Assembly (NCBI GenBank): GCA_000739515.1
Contig: DF820457.1
Coordinates: forward strand, 349,804 to 413,803
Origin: Candidatus Moduliflexus flocculans
Lineage (GTDB): Bacteria; Moduliflexota; Moduliflexia; Moduliflexales; Moduliflexaceae
Length of the DNA stretch: 64,000 bases
Direction of reading: 5' to 3'
Below, piece by piece: positions 31,301-40,754 of this stretch; within the stretch, counting starts at the first letter, position 1; every line of letters begins with the position of its first letter. The notes under the pieces are model-generated. The model did no database searches. It saw nothing but the letters and a program-made list of their open reading frames with translations, and was not told where the DNA came from. A program made the translations under genes and the position numbers.

Positions 31301-32164
31301 CGGCGACAGGCGGAAGAAGCGCTGCGCCGATTGAATGAAGAGCTTGAAGATCGCGTCTCGGCGCGCACTGCCGATTTGCAGGCGTCGTTAGAAACGTTGA
31401 AGCAGACGCAGCAGCAATTGGTGCAATCGGAAAAGATTGCCGCGCTCGGCGAATTGGTGGCTGGCATGGCGCATGAAATTAATACGCCGCTCGGCGTCTG
31501 CATCACGGCAGCCTCACATCTGCAAGACCGCTCGCGTGACCTTGAATCGCATTATACGCAAGGGCAGATGCGGCGCAGCGAGATAGAACGCTTCTGGCAG
31601 ATCAGCCAGCAATCGCTCGACATGCTTATGACGAATCTGACGCAGATGTCACGGCAGATTCAGACCTTTAAGCAAGTTGCCGTGAATGAAACGCATGTGG
31701 AACAGCGGCGGTTTGTGGTGCGTGAGATGCTGGAAAATGCGCTGTTCAGCATAAAAAACGATCTAACTGCCGCGAACCATCGCCTGACGATTTCCGGCGG
31801 AGAGTCAGTTGTCATGGAGAGTTATCCGGGCGCGTTTTCGCATGTGATGAACAGTCTGGTGATGAATTCGTTAACTCATGCGTATCCATCAAAACAGACG
31901 CCGGGAGAACTGCGCATTGAGATTGCAGAAGCCGAAGATTCGATTATGGTGCGCTATGCTGACGATGGCTGCGGCATTTCGCCAGAACATCTGTCTCGCC
32001 TGTTTCAGCCTTTTTTTACCACATCGCGCGGAACGAATACCGGCTTAGGACTACATATCGTCTATAATTTAGTGACGCACAAAATGCGCGGAAATATTCG
32101 CTGTGAAAGCGAAGTCGGCAAAGGCGCAACGTTTATTATCGAATTGCCGAAAACTATCCGGTAA
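28304..32164 (+). CDS. Hybrid sensor histidine kinase (TM-HAMP-HisKA-HATPase-REC-REC-HisKA-HATPase)
   Basis: SHELRTPL, NLLGNAVKF, GGTGLGLAI; two receivers (LCDVMMP, LLDLMMP); second H-box AHEINTPL and GTNTGLGL. Confidence 0.92.
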   Translation: MSLRRKVLLRIYLLIMLMIVAMSVTYYYLFTRDIRERSQQSISTAMTMILDDFATKAHDIPIQINQFLENSVSKPLYTLQLIEQEFDQTDKESLLWSVKKSMTYIDAIASRMRDFAGLVDAAEIVIYNKHGKLLTTYRNEAGTMTTGALIPGLSAETFVILNPGDRWYAAMQTIDEIPAHPLLDNLSTTYADAVPERLSIELSQFQTFLALKFTMPIIERGELQGICVVQRAIQSKDARRYARLAGAEVNIFVGESLSVGTLPAFKSLPAPQRDVPQELNFEAFPLMPVLSFSEMTVQGTSYYQGTLTLGDQQSQIGAMTIHYPRSLEEKQKKNFIRVVFGIAVIFSALAVLEALGLSSAIVQPIMRLVNAMSEMKQGNLNIAAKVESNDEIGLLADSFNGMITQIRDDFQQIDEQRQRLEQQNAELQRLDKMKDQFLSNTSHELRTPLNGIAGLADALLSGVDGALNPEERKHVRMILQSSKRLSHLVNSLLDFSKIRSNKLELHIRPFPLPEVVEVALAFLRPQADEKGLELRMDFPENLPEVRGDLDKVEQIITNLLGNAVKFTREGSVTVSAQQEGDMVKILVKDTGIGIPREAQERIFSPFEQADGSTTREFGGTGLGLAISKELVELHRGEIGVISEPGMGSEFYFTLPAGETLWNGEAKSVSERSVAVISAPAVEELEGNKVENLPAIQISGKGHRILVIDDDPTNVEVLKTQLEHVGFEVWKASDGKEAFDVVNGYTVDLILCDVMMPLVDGYTFAMRMRERENLKNIPLIFVSAKTQKADIIKGYQAGAIDYLAKPVESDELLFKVNAIINAQQHRTAHRTGAVVGLPDTFYDTDEDKEQQLMTAPHGNGEKILVVDDEPINLEVIKAQLTQYNYQVVTASNGSAALELLDREEPELVLLDLMMPKMSGFKVCKIIRRDKRLIDLPIVMLTAKSNLYDKIYGLNIGANDYLIKPFDKEELLTRIYVLLTLSALQQRLVETNIGLQAEVVERRQAEEALRRLNEELEDRVSARTADLQASLETLKQTQQQLVQSEKIAALGELVAGMAHEINTPLGVCITAASHLQDRSRDLESHYTQGQMRRSEIERFWQISQQSLDMLMTNLTQMSRQIQTFKQVAVNETHVEQRRFVVREMLENALFSIKNDLTAANHRLTISGGESVVMESYPGAFSHVMNSLVMNSLTHAYPSKQTPGELRIEIAEAEDSIMVRYADDGCGISPEHLSRLFQPFFTTSRGTNTGLGLHIVYNLVTHKMRGNIRCESEVGKGATFIIELPKTIR

Positions 32165-32165
32165 C

Positions 32166-32291
32166 GCGGGGTTACGTCCCCGCGATTCCTCCATAAGTAG
32201 GGCGGGGTTGCGTCCCCGCGATTCCTCCATAAGTAGGGCGGGGTTGCGTCCCCGCGATTCCTCCATAAGTAGCGCGGGGTTGCGTCCCCAC
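32166..32291. repeat. 36-bp tandem repeat (3.5 copies) of a REP-like hairpin
   Basis: GCGGGGTTRCGTCCCCGCGATTCCTCCATAAGTAGG units start at 32166, 32202 and 32238, partial at 32274; no spacers. Confidence 0.9.
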
Positions 32292-32326
32292 GAAAAAAGG
32301 CGGGAATGCAATCCCGCCCTACCGCA

Positions 32327-32716
32327 TTATGTCGTGATTTCCAGCCGATTGCCGTCCGGATCAAGGACGCAGCTTTCATAATATCCGTCGCCTGTGCGGC
32401 GCGGGCCGTCTAATACAAGATAACCATCCTGCTTCAATCGCGCGGTCAGCGCGTCCACCTCTTTTTCCGAGCCGATGGAAAATGCCACGTGAATCAGGCC
32501 GAGAAACTGATGAATCGGATCGTTCGCGGTTTCGGGAATATCCGGGCGGCGCATCAGCTCGAGACGCGCACCGGATTCGAACGCCAGAAAATACGATTCG
32601 AATTGTTTCGCCGCGTTTTCGTATTTGTTCCCGGCAGTCGCGCCGAAATAGGTCATGTAGAATGTCTTGAGCCGTTCCAAATCTTTTGTCCAGATGGCTA
32701 AATGTTCAATTCGCAT
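32327..32716 (-). CDS. VOC/glyoxalase family protein
   Basis: IEHLAIWTKDLE, HVAFSIGS, GDGYYESCVLDPDGNRLEIT. Confidence 0.9.
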   Translation of the reverse strand: MRIEHLAIWTKDLERLKTFYMTYFGATAGNKYENAAKQFESYFLAFESGARLELMRRPDIPETANDPIHQFLGLIHVAFSIGSEKEVDALTARLKQDGYLVLDGPRRTGDGYYESCVLDPDGNRLEITT

Positions 32717-32946
32717 GAAATTTTACCACGAAACACACAAAATACACGAAATTTTTTCAGGTATGTAAAATGTAAAAAATAACTTCCACGTATCCACCAC
32801 AACCCCACCCCCTGCCCATCCCCAAAGTGGGAGGGGAGTTCCCCCTCTCCTTCGGAGAGGGGGCAGGGGGTGAGGTGTTTGGGCGTTATTTTTTCAACTT
32901 TACTATGTTTTGATTTTCGTGTATTTTGTGTGTTTCGTGGTTATAA

Positions 32947-34290
32947 CTATTGATGTGTCAAATTATGAATCCATTTGCGCGAAATGATGCGATGGATTCC
33001 GACCGCGACTTTACAGAATTCTTCGATCATCGTCAGCGCATACACCGCGTAAATCGGGAGTTTCCAGATGATGCCGCCGAGAAAGGCGGACGGCACGCCG
33101 ATCAGCCAGATCGCGCACATTTCCAAATACATCGAAAACTTTGTATCGCCGCCGCCGCGCAGAATGCCGACAATGTTAATCATGTTAAACATTTTCATCC
33201 AGAGCGCGCCGCTCAACACATAGAGACAATAGCGGCTCAAGGTTTGCACTTCTGGCGGCACTTTGAACCAGAGCACCGCATACGGCGCGAACAGCGCGAC
33301 AAGGCCGCCGACCAGCATTGCGCCAAGCGGCGTGATAATCGCAAAGCGTTTGGCGTAGAGATAGGCGATGTCGTTTTCGCCTGCGCCGATTTTATTGCCG
33401 ACCATCGTCGCCGTCGCGCTGGAAATGCCGAAAAAGCAGCTTGAGGCAAATTGTTCGAGCGGATTCAGAATCGTCATCGCCGCCACGTCTGATGTGCCCA
33501 TGCGGCCATAGACGACGGCGTATATCGTGACGGCCATAACCCACGCGAATTCATTCACGACCACCGGCAGCGCGGTTTTGATAAATTGGCGGATGAGCAC
33601 GGCGTCGAATCTGAAATCCGCCAACACGACAAGCATGCGCCCGTTGTGCTTGCTGAACCAGAGCATCACGCTCGTTTCGATGACGCGCGAGATGACGGTT
33701 GCAATCGCCGCGCCTTTGACGCCGAGCGCCGGAAACCCAAATTTCCCGAAAATCAGGCAATAATTGAGCGTCGTGTTCATGCTCAATGAGAGAATGCTGG
33801 CGTACATCGGCAGTTTCACATTTTCCATGCTGCGCAACGCGAACGAATAGAGCATCGGAATCACGCCGAAAACGGCGGCTGGCGCGACATATCGCAGGTA
33901 ATCCGCTCCCATCGCAATCAATTGCGGGTCTTTCGAAAAGGCGAACATGATCTGCTTTGGGAAAAACAGCGCCGCAAGGCAAAACCCGGACGCAATCGTC
34001 ATATTCAGCGCGAGCGCAAGCGCCGTGACCTTGCCGATGCGAGCGACATCCTTTTTGCCCCAGTATTGCGCGGTGAAAATCGCCGTGCCGCTGCTGACCG
34101 CAAACAGGACGATAATCAGGATAAACGAAAAACGATTCGCCTGCCCGACTGCCGCGACCTCAATCGCCCCTAATTGGCCGACCATGACGGTATCCACCAG
34201 ATTGAGCGACGACATAAAAATATTTTGAATCGTCACTGGAATTGTGAGTTGAATCGCGGTGCGATAAAATTGACGACGTTCTGACGGCAT
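32947..34290 (-). CDS. MATE family efflux transporter
   Basis: LNLVDTVMVGQLG, GVKGAAIATVISR, GILRGGGDTK; about 12 TM segments. Confidence 0.92.
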   Translation of the reverse strand: MPSERRQFYRTAIQLTIPVTIQNIFMSSLNLVDTVMVGQLGAIEVAAVGQANRFSFILIIVLFAVSSGTAIFTAQYWGKKDVARIGKVTALALALNMTIASGFCLAALFFPKQIMFAFSKDPQLIAMGADYLRYVAPAAVFGVIPMLYSFALRSMENVKLPMYASILSLSMNTTLNYCLIFGKFGFPALGVKGAAIATVISRVIETSVMLWFSKHNGRMLVVLADFRFDAVLIRQFIKTALPVVVNEFAWVMAVTIYAVVYGRMGTSDVAAMTILNPLEQFASSCFFGISSATATMVGNKIGAGENDIAYLYAKRFAIITPLGAMLVGGLVALFAPYAVLWFKVPPEVQTLSRYCLYVLSGALWMKMFNMINIVGILRGGGDTKFSMYLEMCAIWLIGVPSAFLGGIIWKLPIYAVYALTMIEEFCKVAVGIHRIISRKWIHNLTHQ

Positions 34291-34292
34291 GT

Positions 34293-35336
34293 TCACCATT
34301 CCCATCCTAACATCAGGCAATTCAGGCCGCTGCCGATGCCAAGAAACGCTACGCGGTCGCCGGTTTCAAGCGCGTCGCGCTCTTCCGCCAGCCCGGCAGT
34401 CAACGGCAAAGATACCGTGCCGATATTGCCAAGATACGGATACGTCACGAAATCCTTCTCTTCGGAAATGCCGAGCGTCCGCAGAATCGTTTGCTGGTGA
34501 GCACTGCCGACTTGATGGCAAATCACGCGATCAACCATCTCCGGCGACCAGTTTAATTCGTTCAAAAACGCCTCCCACGTCCGCTTGCCGAGCGCTACGC
34601 CATTTTCTAACACACTGACCGAATCGGTACGCATATATTGCCAGTGCGGCGATTGCGGGTCGGTATCCACGCCCCACCAGCAGAGATCGTAAAACTGCGG
34701 CGCGGTCTGCGTGACGCCGCCGACGAGCCGCCGACGCGGTTTTTCTGAAAATGAGCCGTCCGTCAGAATCAGCGCCACCGCGCCCGATCCGCCGGTCAAC
34801 GTGGCAAGCGAGTATTTGAACGACTCCATATCCTGCATCCGCGCTAATCGCTCAATGGTGGAGAGCATAATGTCTCGCGCCGATTCGCACGACACCACCA
34901 TTCCGGCGCGAATCTGGCCGAGTTCGATGCGGTTGGCGAGGTCGAGAATGCCGTTCAGGACGCCGAGGCAGGCGTTACTGATGTCATAGACCGCCGCTGC
35001 CGGTTTCACGCCGACAAATGCCGCCACGCGGCAGGCGGTGGCGGGTTCGAAACTTTCGCGGCAGACCCCCGCGTAAATCAGCACATCAAGATCATCCGGT
35101 CGCACCGGCGATTTTGCCAATGCTTTTTTCGCCGCCGCTATCGCGCCATCCGACACCCGAAATCCCGGATGCCACCAGCGCCGCTCGATAATGCCGGTCA
35201 GGGCTTCCAATTGGCCTTCCGGCAGATATAATTTTTTGTAGATCGGCTTGAGGCGATCCTCCAATTCTGAGGATGTTACCACCACCGGCGCAAATTCATA
35301 GCCAATCGCATCTAAAAAGACTCTGGTATATTTCAT
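34293..35336 (-). CDS. oleA: OleA-type thiolase / 3-oxoacyl-ACP synthase III family protein
   Basis: LTGIIERRWW, GVCRESFEPATA (OleA-like Glu-Pro), DISNACLG catalytic Cys, CHQVG, GNIGTVSLP, LGIGSGLN. Confidence 0.75.
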   Translation of the reverse strand: MKYTRVFLDAIGYEFAPVVVTSSELEDRLKPIYKKLYLPEGQLEALTGIIERRWWHPGFRVSDGAIAAAKKALAKSPVRPDDLDVLIYAGVCRESFEPATACRVAAFVGVKPAAAVYDISNACLGVLNGILDLANRIELGQIRAGMVVSCESARDIMLSTIERLARMQDMESFKYSLATLTGGSGAVALILTDGSFSEKPRRRLVGGVTQTAPQFYDLCWWGVDTDPQSPHWQYMRTDSVSVLENGVALGKRTWEAFLNELNWSPEMVDRVICHQVGSAHQQTILRTLGISEEKDFVTYPYLGNIGTVSLPLTAGLAEERDALETGDRVAFLGIGSGLNCLMLGWEW

Positions 35337-35580
35337 GAAAGACGGAAAATGAACCCTGACAGGGTTCAACACCCTGTCAGGGTTGGGTTTCATCATATAG
35401 ACGACATTAAAAACAATCAATCGCAAGCGTTGAATCTCTGTCAAGATCAAAAACGCGGCAGTACTGCCGAACATCGAAACAATTAGGTTGACAGTGCAAG
35501 GATTTTCTATAAGTGGGGATATTGACGGTTGTTGAGCGGTTTGAATGCTGATGAGTCAAATATTTGTGATACTGATTGTC

Positions 35581-37494
35581 CTAAGCTTTAAAACATTTCC
35601 AGACCATCCCGGCGGTAAACATCGCAAGCCCGCCGAACCAGATTAACAGAATCGCCGGATAGACGATGATTGTAAACGTCGCTTCTCGTTCGTTTTCCCA
35701 CCCATCTAAAATGACATACAAATCTCGAAGCAGCGAAGTTTTCAGGCCGATCTCTGTCGTGATCTGAGTGTCGCTGTAAAACCGCTTTTCCGGCCAGAGC
35801 GTCGCCACGATTTTGTTATTGTTATAAACCGTGATTCGCGCTGAAACCGTGCCATACTCAGTCGTTTGCTGATCCATCAGTTCGACAAACTCGAACCGAT
35901 AGGCGCCGACCATTATTGATTCGCCTTGTTTCAGCGTGGCTTGTTGCTCGATTTTATAACTCGATGACACGGCAATTCCAGCACATAGAACAGCAATGCC
36001 AAGATGAAAAATTGCAAACGGACGCTGAGAGCTATGTTTTTGCAAGAGTATTGTCGCGCCCACGAGGACAGCCAATCCAGATGTGAGTAACGCCAGCCAT
36101 GCGTGGATGCCGAAAAACGCGAATGCGGCCATGGCGATTCCAACAATCGCGAACGCTAAAAAAACGCGGCCTCGCAGCATCTTTACCGCCGCCTGCTTCC
36201 AGGGAAGCAATTGACATACGCCGATGAGCGCTAAAATCGCCAGTCCTAATGGAATGCTGACGCGATTAAAAAAATCGGCGCTGATGACGATGTTTTTCCC
36301 GCTGAGAAGTTGCGCGAAGATCGGATACAGTGTGCCGTATAACACGGCAAACGCGAATCCCATCAACAATTGGCCGGTCAGTTGTAGGCTATATTCTTTC
36401 GAGAGAAATGTTATGGGGAGTGTCGGCGGGCGAAACTGCCGCCGGCGAGCGAGAAACAGCGCGAGCGTCACGACGCTTGCGATGGTGAGAAACAACAAAA
36501 AATACACACCGACTGGCGATTCGGCGTATGCATGAACCGATTGCAAGACACCGCTTCTGGTGATGAACGTGGCAAATACGCAGAGCAGAAAGGTGACGAT
36601 GCTGAGAAAGAGATTCCAGCGCGGCAGGCTGCCGTTGCGTTGCTGCAAGATCAGCGTATGCAAGAGCGCGGTCGCGGTCAGCCAGGGAATCAGTGAACTG
36701 TTCTCTACGGGATCCCAGCCCCAGTAGCCGCCCCAGCCAAGCTCGAGATAAGCCCAGTGCGCCCCCAATAAGATGCCGATGCCTAAAAAATACCATGAAA
36801 ACAGCACCCAGCGCCGCATGATATTCAGCCAGGCCGGGCGAATCGTTCCTGCCCAGAGCGCGCCGAATGCCATCGCAAACGGCACAACGAATCCGGCATA
36901 TCCCAGAAATAAGATCGGTGGATGCACGACCATATACGGTGTTTGCAGCAATGGGTTCAACCCGTTGCCATCATTCGGCGGGGCGAACAGCACACGAAAG
37001 GGATGCGAATGGGTCACAAGCAGCAGCAAAAAACCGGTTAGCACGGCTGCCAGCACGATCTCGGCCACGGCAAGCTCATCAGCATAGACTGGAAAACTGC
37101 GGAGCAGGCGCGGAACGCGGCGTAAGCCGAAGCGTTCCTTGATGGCTTCGCGTCGCGCTGACCAGACGAATAACACACTGCATATCGTCATGCTCCATCC
37201 CCAAAACAACAGCGAGCCTTCTTGCCCTGCCCAGAGCGCGGAGAGGACGTAAATCGGCGGGAGATTCAGACTGGAATACGCGGCGACATATTCGACGCGA
37301 AAATCTCGCAGCAAGAGCAAAAATAGCAACAGCAGCATGGCGAGCGTCAGCAAGCCCGCAAGCGCTTGAAGCGCCCGCGTTGCGCTGGTCAACCAGCGCG
37401 AGCTGCGCATCACCAACGCGACGCCACCGGCAATCAGGGCATACATGGCACATGCCAGCGCAAAAAACAACGAAAAAGACGCAAGATGGGTCAT
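35581..37494 (-). CDS. ccmF: Cytochrome c biogenesis heme lyase
   Basis: WAGQEGSLL, HPPILFLGY, WGGYWGWDPVEN WWD motif, TRSGVLQSVHAY. Confidence 0.92.
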   Translation of the reverse strand: MTHLASFSLFFALACAMYALIAGGVALVMRSSRWLTSATRALQALAGLLTLAMLLLLFLLLLRDFRVEYVAAYSSLNLPPIYVLSALWAGQEGSLLFWGWSMTICSVLFVWSARREAIKERFGLRRVPRLLRSFPVYADELAVAEIVLAAVLTGFLLLLVTHSHPFRVLFAPPNDGNGLNPLLQTPYMVVHPPILFLGYAGFVVPFAMAFGALWAGTIRPAWLNIMRRWVLFSWYFLGIGILLGAHWAYLELGWGGYWGWDPVENSSLIPWLTATALLHTLILQQRNGSLPRWNLFLSIVTFLLCVFATFITRSGVLQSVHAYAESPVGVYFLLFLTIASVVTLALFLARRRQFRPPTLPITFLSKEYSLQLTGQLLMGFAFAVLYGTLYPIFAQLLSGKNIVISADFFNRVSIPLGLAILALIGVCQLLPWKQAAVKMLRGRVFLAFAIVGIAMAAFAFFGIHAWLALLTSGLAVLVGATILLQKHSSQRPFAIFHLGIAVLCAGIAVSSSYKIEQQATLKQGESIMVGAYRFEFVELMDQQTTEYGTVSARITVYNNNKIVATLWPEKRFYSDTQITTEIGLKTSLLRDLYVILDGWENEREATFTIIVYPAILLIWFGGLAMFTAGMVWKCFKA

Positions 37495-37623
37495 AGATGA
37501 ATCGTTCGGAATGAGTGCCTGATCGTTCTGCTACGCGACGTCATGAGTTTTTAGGAGTGCGAAATCTTGATGTCGCGTGTCAAATCAAGATTTGGCACTC
37601 CTAAAAATCCATGTTCGAATGTA

Positions 37624-38523
37624 TTATGACGGTTTCGCTGATTTCGGCGGCACAAGCACTTTGAGCGCCTGATGTAGCAGCGTATATTGCAGCACTTCGC
37701 CAGCCATAAAAGATTCTCCATCCACATGTGCCGGACCTGGAAAATTTCTGGTAATCGTTAATGAAGCGGTGCGATGTGTCTTGCTGTTCGGAAAGGTATG
37801 CATTTCGCCAAAGAATAATTTGGGAATCTGTGTGACCAGCGTCAGCGGATCGGTCTGCGGAATGACAACAACATCAAATAAACCATCGTCAGGCTGCGCT
37901 CCCGGGGCGATAATCGCACCGCCCCCATATTGCTCGGTATTGGCAACCGTCAGGACGAGCGGCGTATAACAATACGTTTTCCCGTTACACCGAAGAATCA
38001 CATTATCCGGCGTATAATTAAAAAATTCTGACACCGCAATTTGCACGTATGGCCTGATCCCTCTGGAATGTCCGGGAGTTTCATTGAAAAGTTTCCCGAC
38101 ATGCGCGTCAAATCCGACGCCGGAAGTGGCAAAAAAATTGCGTCCCTCGACCTGTCCGACATCAATTTTCCGCGCAGTGCCTTCTAACAAGACGCGGCAG
38201 GCATCTTGATACTTCAACGGAATGCCAAGCGAACGCGCTAATCCGTTGCCGGAGCCTAATGGGAGGATCGCTAATGTGGCGTCTCTGCCGATTAAGCCAG
38301 ATGCGACTTCGTTAATTGTGCCATCGCCGCCCGCCGCTGCAACGATGCTATACCCTTCTTGTGCTGCCTTAATCGCAAAACGCGTTGCATCTCCCTGTTT
38401 TTCAGTCAACGCGATGTCAATGCACAAATCGGCCCATCTCGTCATTGACTGCAATAAGGATTTCACCTCTTGCGTCACGCGCCCGCCGCCTGCGACTGGA
38501 TTCAGAATGCATAACATTTTCAT
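37624..38523 (-). CDS. Diacylglycerol kinase family lipid kinase (YegS/BmrU-like)
   Basis: NPVAGGG, AAGGDGTINEV, PLGSGNGLAR, HVDGE. Confidence 0.9.
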   Translation of the reverse strand: MKMLCILNPVAGGGRVTQEVKSLLQSMTRWADLCIDIALTEKQGDATRFAIKAAQEGYSIVAAAGGDGTINEVASGLIGRDATLAILPLGSGNGLARSLGIPLKYQDACRVLLEGTARKIDVGQVEGRNFFATSGVGFDAHVGKLFNETPGHSRGIRPYVQIAVSEFFNYTPDNVILRCNGKTYCYTPLVLTVANTEQYGGGAIIAPGAQPDDGLFDVVVIPQTDPLTLVTQIPKLFFGEMHTFPNSKTHRTASLTITRNFPGPAHVDGESFMAGEVLQYTLLHQALKVLVPPKSAKPS

Positions 38524-38839
38524 ACTCGTTCCATATAAACATCACCTGTTCTTGTCAAGGGGTTTCTACGAAGGATTCGCTAAAAGATTGCTGCCATCGC
38601 AACAGCAACATAGGTATGGCGCAACTGTCAGATAACGATGAAGATTCTGTTTGGAAAGTATTTCGAGCGGGCGTCTTGCCCGACAATAAAGCCGAGAGAT
38701 AACGGTTTTGCGCATTTCTATTCAACCTTTCATGCGAATGATCGCTCTATTTCAGCAGAGGAATTTTAGAAATATGGCACAGAGCAATGAACGCGCAGGT
38801 TGCGTCATCTGCGCGGTTTTTCTTGTAGGAGTCATACGA

Positions 38840-40735
38840 ATGACATCATTAAAACTTGAATTTGTGTGCAAAGTGCTTCAGCAGCATAAGCTGTTGAACG
38901 AGCAGCAAATCCAAACAGTGCTTCAGCAGGAAAGCGACATACGAGCGCAGTTGAAACAGCAGGCTGGCGTTGATGTGAACACGCTGACGGCCATAGATGT
39001 TCTTTGCGCGATGCACCTTGTCAGCGCGGCAGACGGACAAACGGTTCTCTCTGAAGAACTGATCATGCGGGCGCTGGCGGCGCATTGGAAATTGCCGTTT
39101 TTACGGATTGAATTGAACAAAGTTGAATCCTGCAAGCTCGCCTCGAAAATTTCTGCGCCATTTGCTCGAAAGCACGCCATATTTCCGGTTTCCATGTCTA
39201 AAAACATGTTGTTTATCGCGGTTGTCAATCCATTAAATGTCGAAATGCTTGATACGCTCCGCAATGTCACGAAGATGGAAATTCGGCCAGTCATTAGCCT
39301 GAAAAGCGACATTTTTCATGCTATTGAGGAATGCTACAAAATTCAGGAAGCCGAAAAAGCCTCGCAAAAGCACTTTGAAGGATTCGAAGCGTCAGTGAGC
39401 GCCGCCAGCGCCGCTTCCAAAGATGAGACCGCACCGGCCGTTCCGGGAGGGATGACTTCGGTGAATGCCGATGACGCGAACGACGCGAATATTGTGACGG
39501 CCGTCAACCTCATGCTGCAATACGCTTGCGAACAACGGGCGAGCGAGATTCATCTTGAGCCGCGCCAATTTCAATCGCAAATTCGTTTTCGCATTGATGG
39601 GATGTTGTATGATGTAAAACAGATTCCCCAGGGAATTCATAACAACATGTTGATGCGATTTAAAGCGTTAGGCGGCATGAACATTTCCGAAAAACGCAAA
39701 GCGCAGGATGGGCGGACGCATTTCAGTTTTCATGGGCGCGACATGACGCTGCGCATTTCAACCATGCCCATGACGTTTGGGGAAAAGGTCATGATTCGCC
39801 TGCTCGACCCGATTTTGCTGCTGCGCCACGTTGAGACGCTCGGTTTTTCAGACGAGCAATATGCGCAATATCGCGCGTTGATTTCGCGCGCGAACGGCAT
39901 TTTGCTGATTGCCGGGCCGACTGGAAGCGGCAAAACGACCACCCTTTATTCGACGCTCGATGCGCTCGCAGAACGCGGCATTAATGTCACCACGCTCGAA
40001 GACCCGGTGGAATTGCCCTATGATCGGTTCAATCAGATTGCACTCCAGCCCGGCGTCGGATTTGATTTCGAGCAAGCCGTGAAACATTTGGTGCGCCAAT
40101 CGCCGGATGTCATTATGATCGGCGAAGTACGCGACAAACAGACTGCTGATAACGCGATTCAAACAGCGTTATTGGGGCATTTAGTCTTCAGCACGTTGCA
40201 TACTTACGACGCGGCGTCGGCCTTAACGCGCCTCGTCAAGATGGGCGCTGAACCGTTCTTCGTTGAATCAGCGGTGATCGCGGTCATTGCGCAGCAATTG
40301 CTCCGGCGCGTCTGCCAGCATTGCGCTCAGCCATATCGCCCATCGGAGCAGGATATGGCGATGCTGCAACTTTCCTCAGAGCAGACGGGATTGTTGCGAA
40401 AGGGAAAAGGATGTATGAAGTGTCGCGGCACTGGTTATTTAGGGCAAACTGGTGTGTTCGAAATCCTGGAAATGACCGATGAACTCCGGTCACTCGTGCA
40501 TGACAACATCGGCGTGAGCATGATCCGAGAAACCGCGGCGCATCAAGGCGTGAAACTGCTGCGAGATATGGCAATGGCTAAAATGTTAGAAGGCCAGACC
40601 ACGGTCGAAGAAGTGCTTCGCATGACCGCTGGCATCGCCACGCCGCATTCGGCGCGATTCAAAACGAAAATTACGCTCAGCGATGAAGTTGAGCGTTCTG
40701 ACGATCCCGCCGAACTCGAAGCGGTGTCGTTTTAA
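38840..40735 (+). CDS. GspE/PilB-family secretion ATPase
   Basis: ASEIHLEP, RFRIDG, QDGR, GPTGSGKTTT, EDPVE, PDVIMIGEVRD, GHLVFSTLH, CMKCRGTGY; start at ATG 38840 after AGGAG. Confidence 0.9.
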   Translation: MTSLKLEFVCKVLQQHKLLNEQQIQTVLQQESDIRAQLKQQAGVDVNTLTAIDVLCAMHLVSAADGQTVLSEELIMRALAAHWKLPFLRIELNKVESCKLASKISAPFARKHAIFPVSMSKNMLFIAVVNPLNVEMLDTLRNVTKMEIRPVISLKSDIFHAIEECYKIQEAEKASQKHFEGFEASVSAASAASKDETAPAVPGGMTSVNADDANDANIVTAVNLMLQYACEQRASEIHLEPRQFQSQIRFRIDGMLYDVKQIPQGIHNNMLMRFKALGGMNISEKRKAQDGRTHFSFHGRDMTLRISTMPMTFGEKVMIRLLDPILLLRHVETLGFSDEQYAQYRALISRANGILLIAGPTGSGKTTTLYSTLDALAERGINVTTLEDPVELPYDRFNQIALQPGVGFDFEQAVKHLVRQSPDVIMIGEVRDKQTADNAIQTALLGHLVFSTLHTYDAASALTRLVKMGAEPFFVESAVIAVIAQQLLRRVCQHCAQPYRPSEQDMAMLQLSSEQTGLLRKGKGCMKCRGTGYLGQTGVFEILEMTDELRSLVHDNIGVSMIRETAAHQGVKLLRDMAMAKMLEGQTTVEEVLRMTAGIATPHSARFKTKITLSDEVERSDDPAELEAVSF

Positions 40736-40754
40736 CGATGCGTTTTTCCGGCAG

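Noticed and set aside
32166-32291. Possible CRISPR array (36-bp repeats)
   Set aside because: The units are contiguous with no unique spacers, and no cas genes are nearby.
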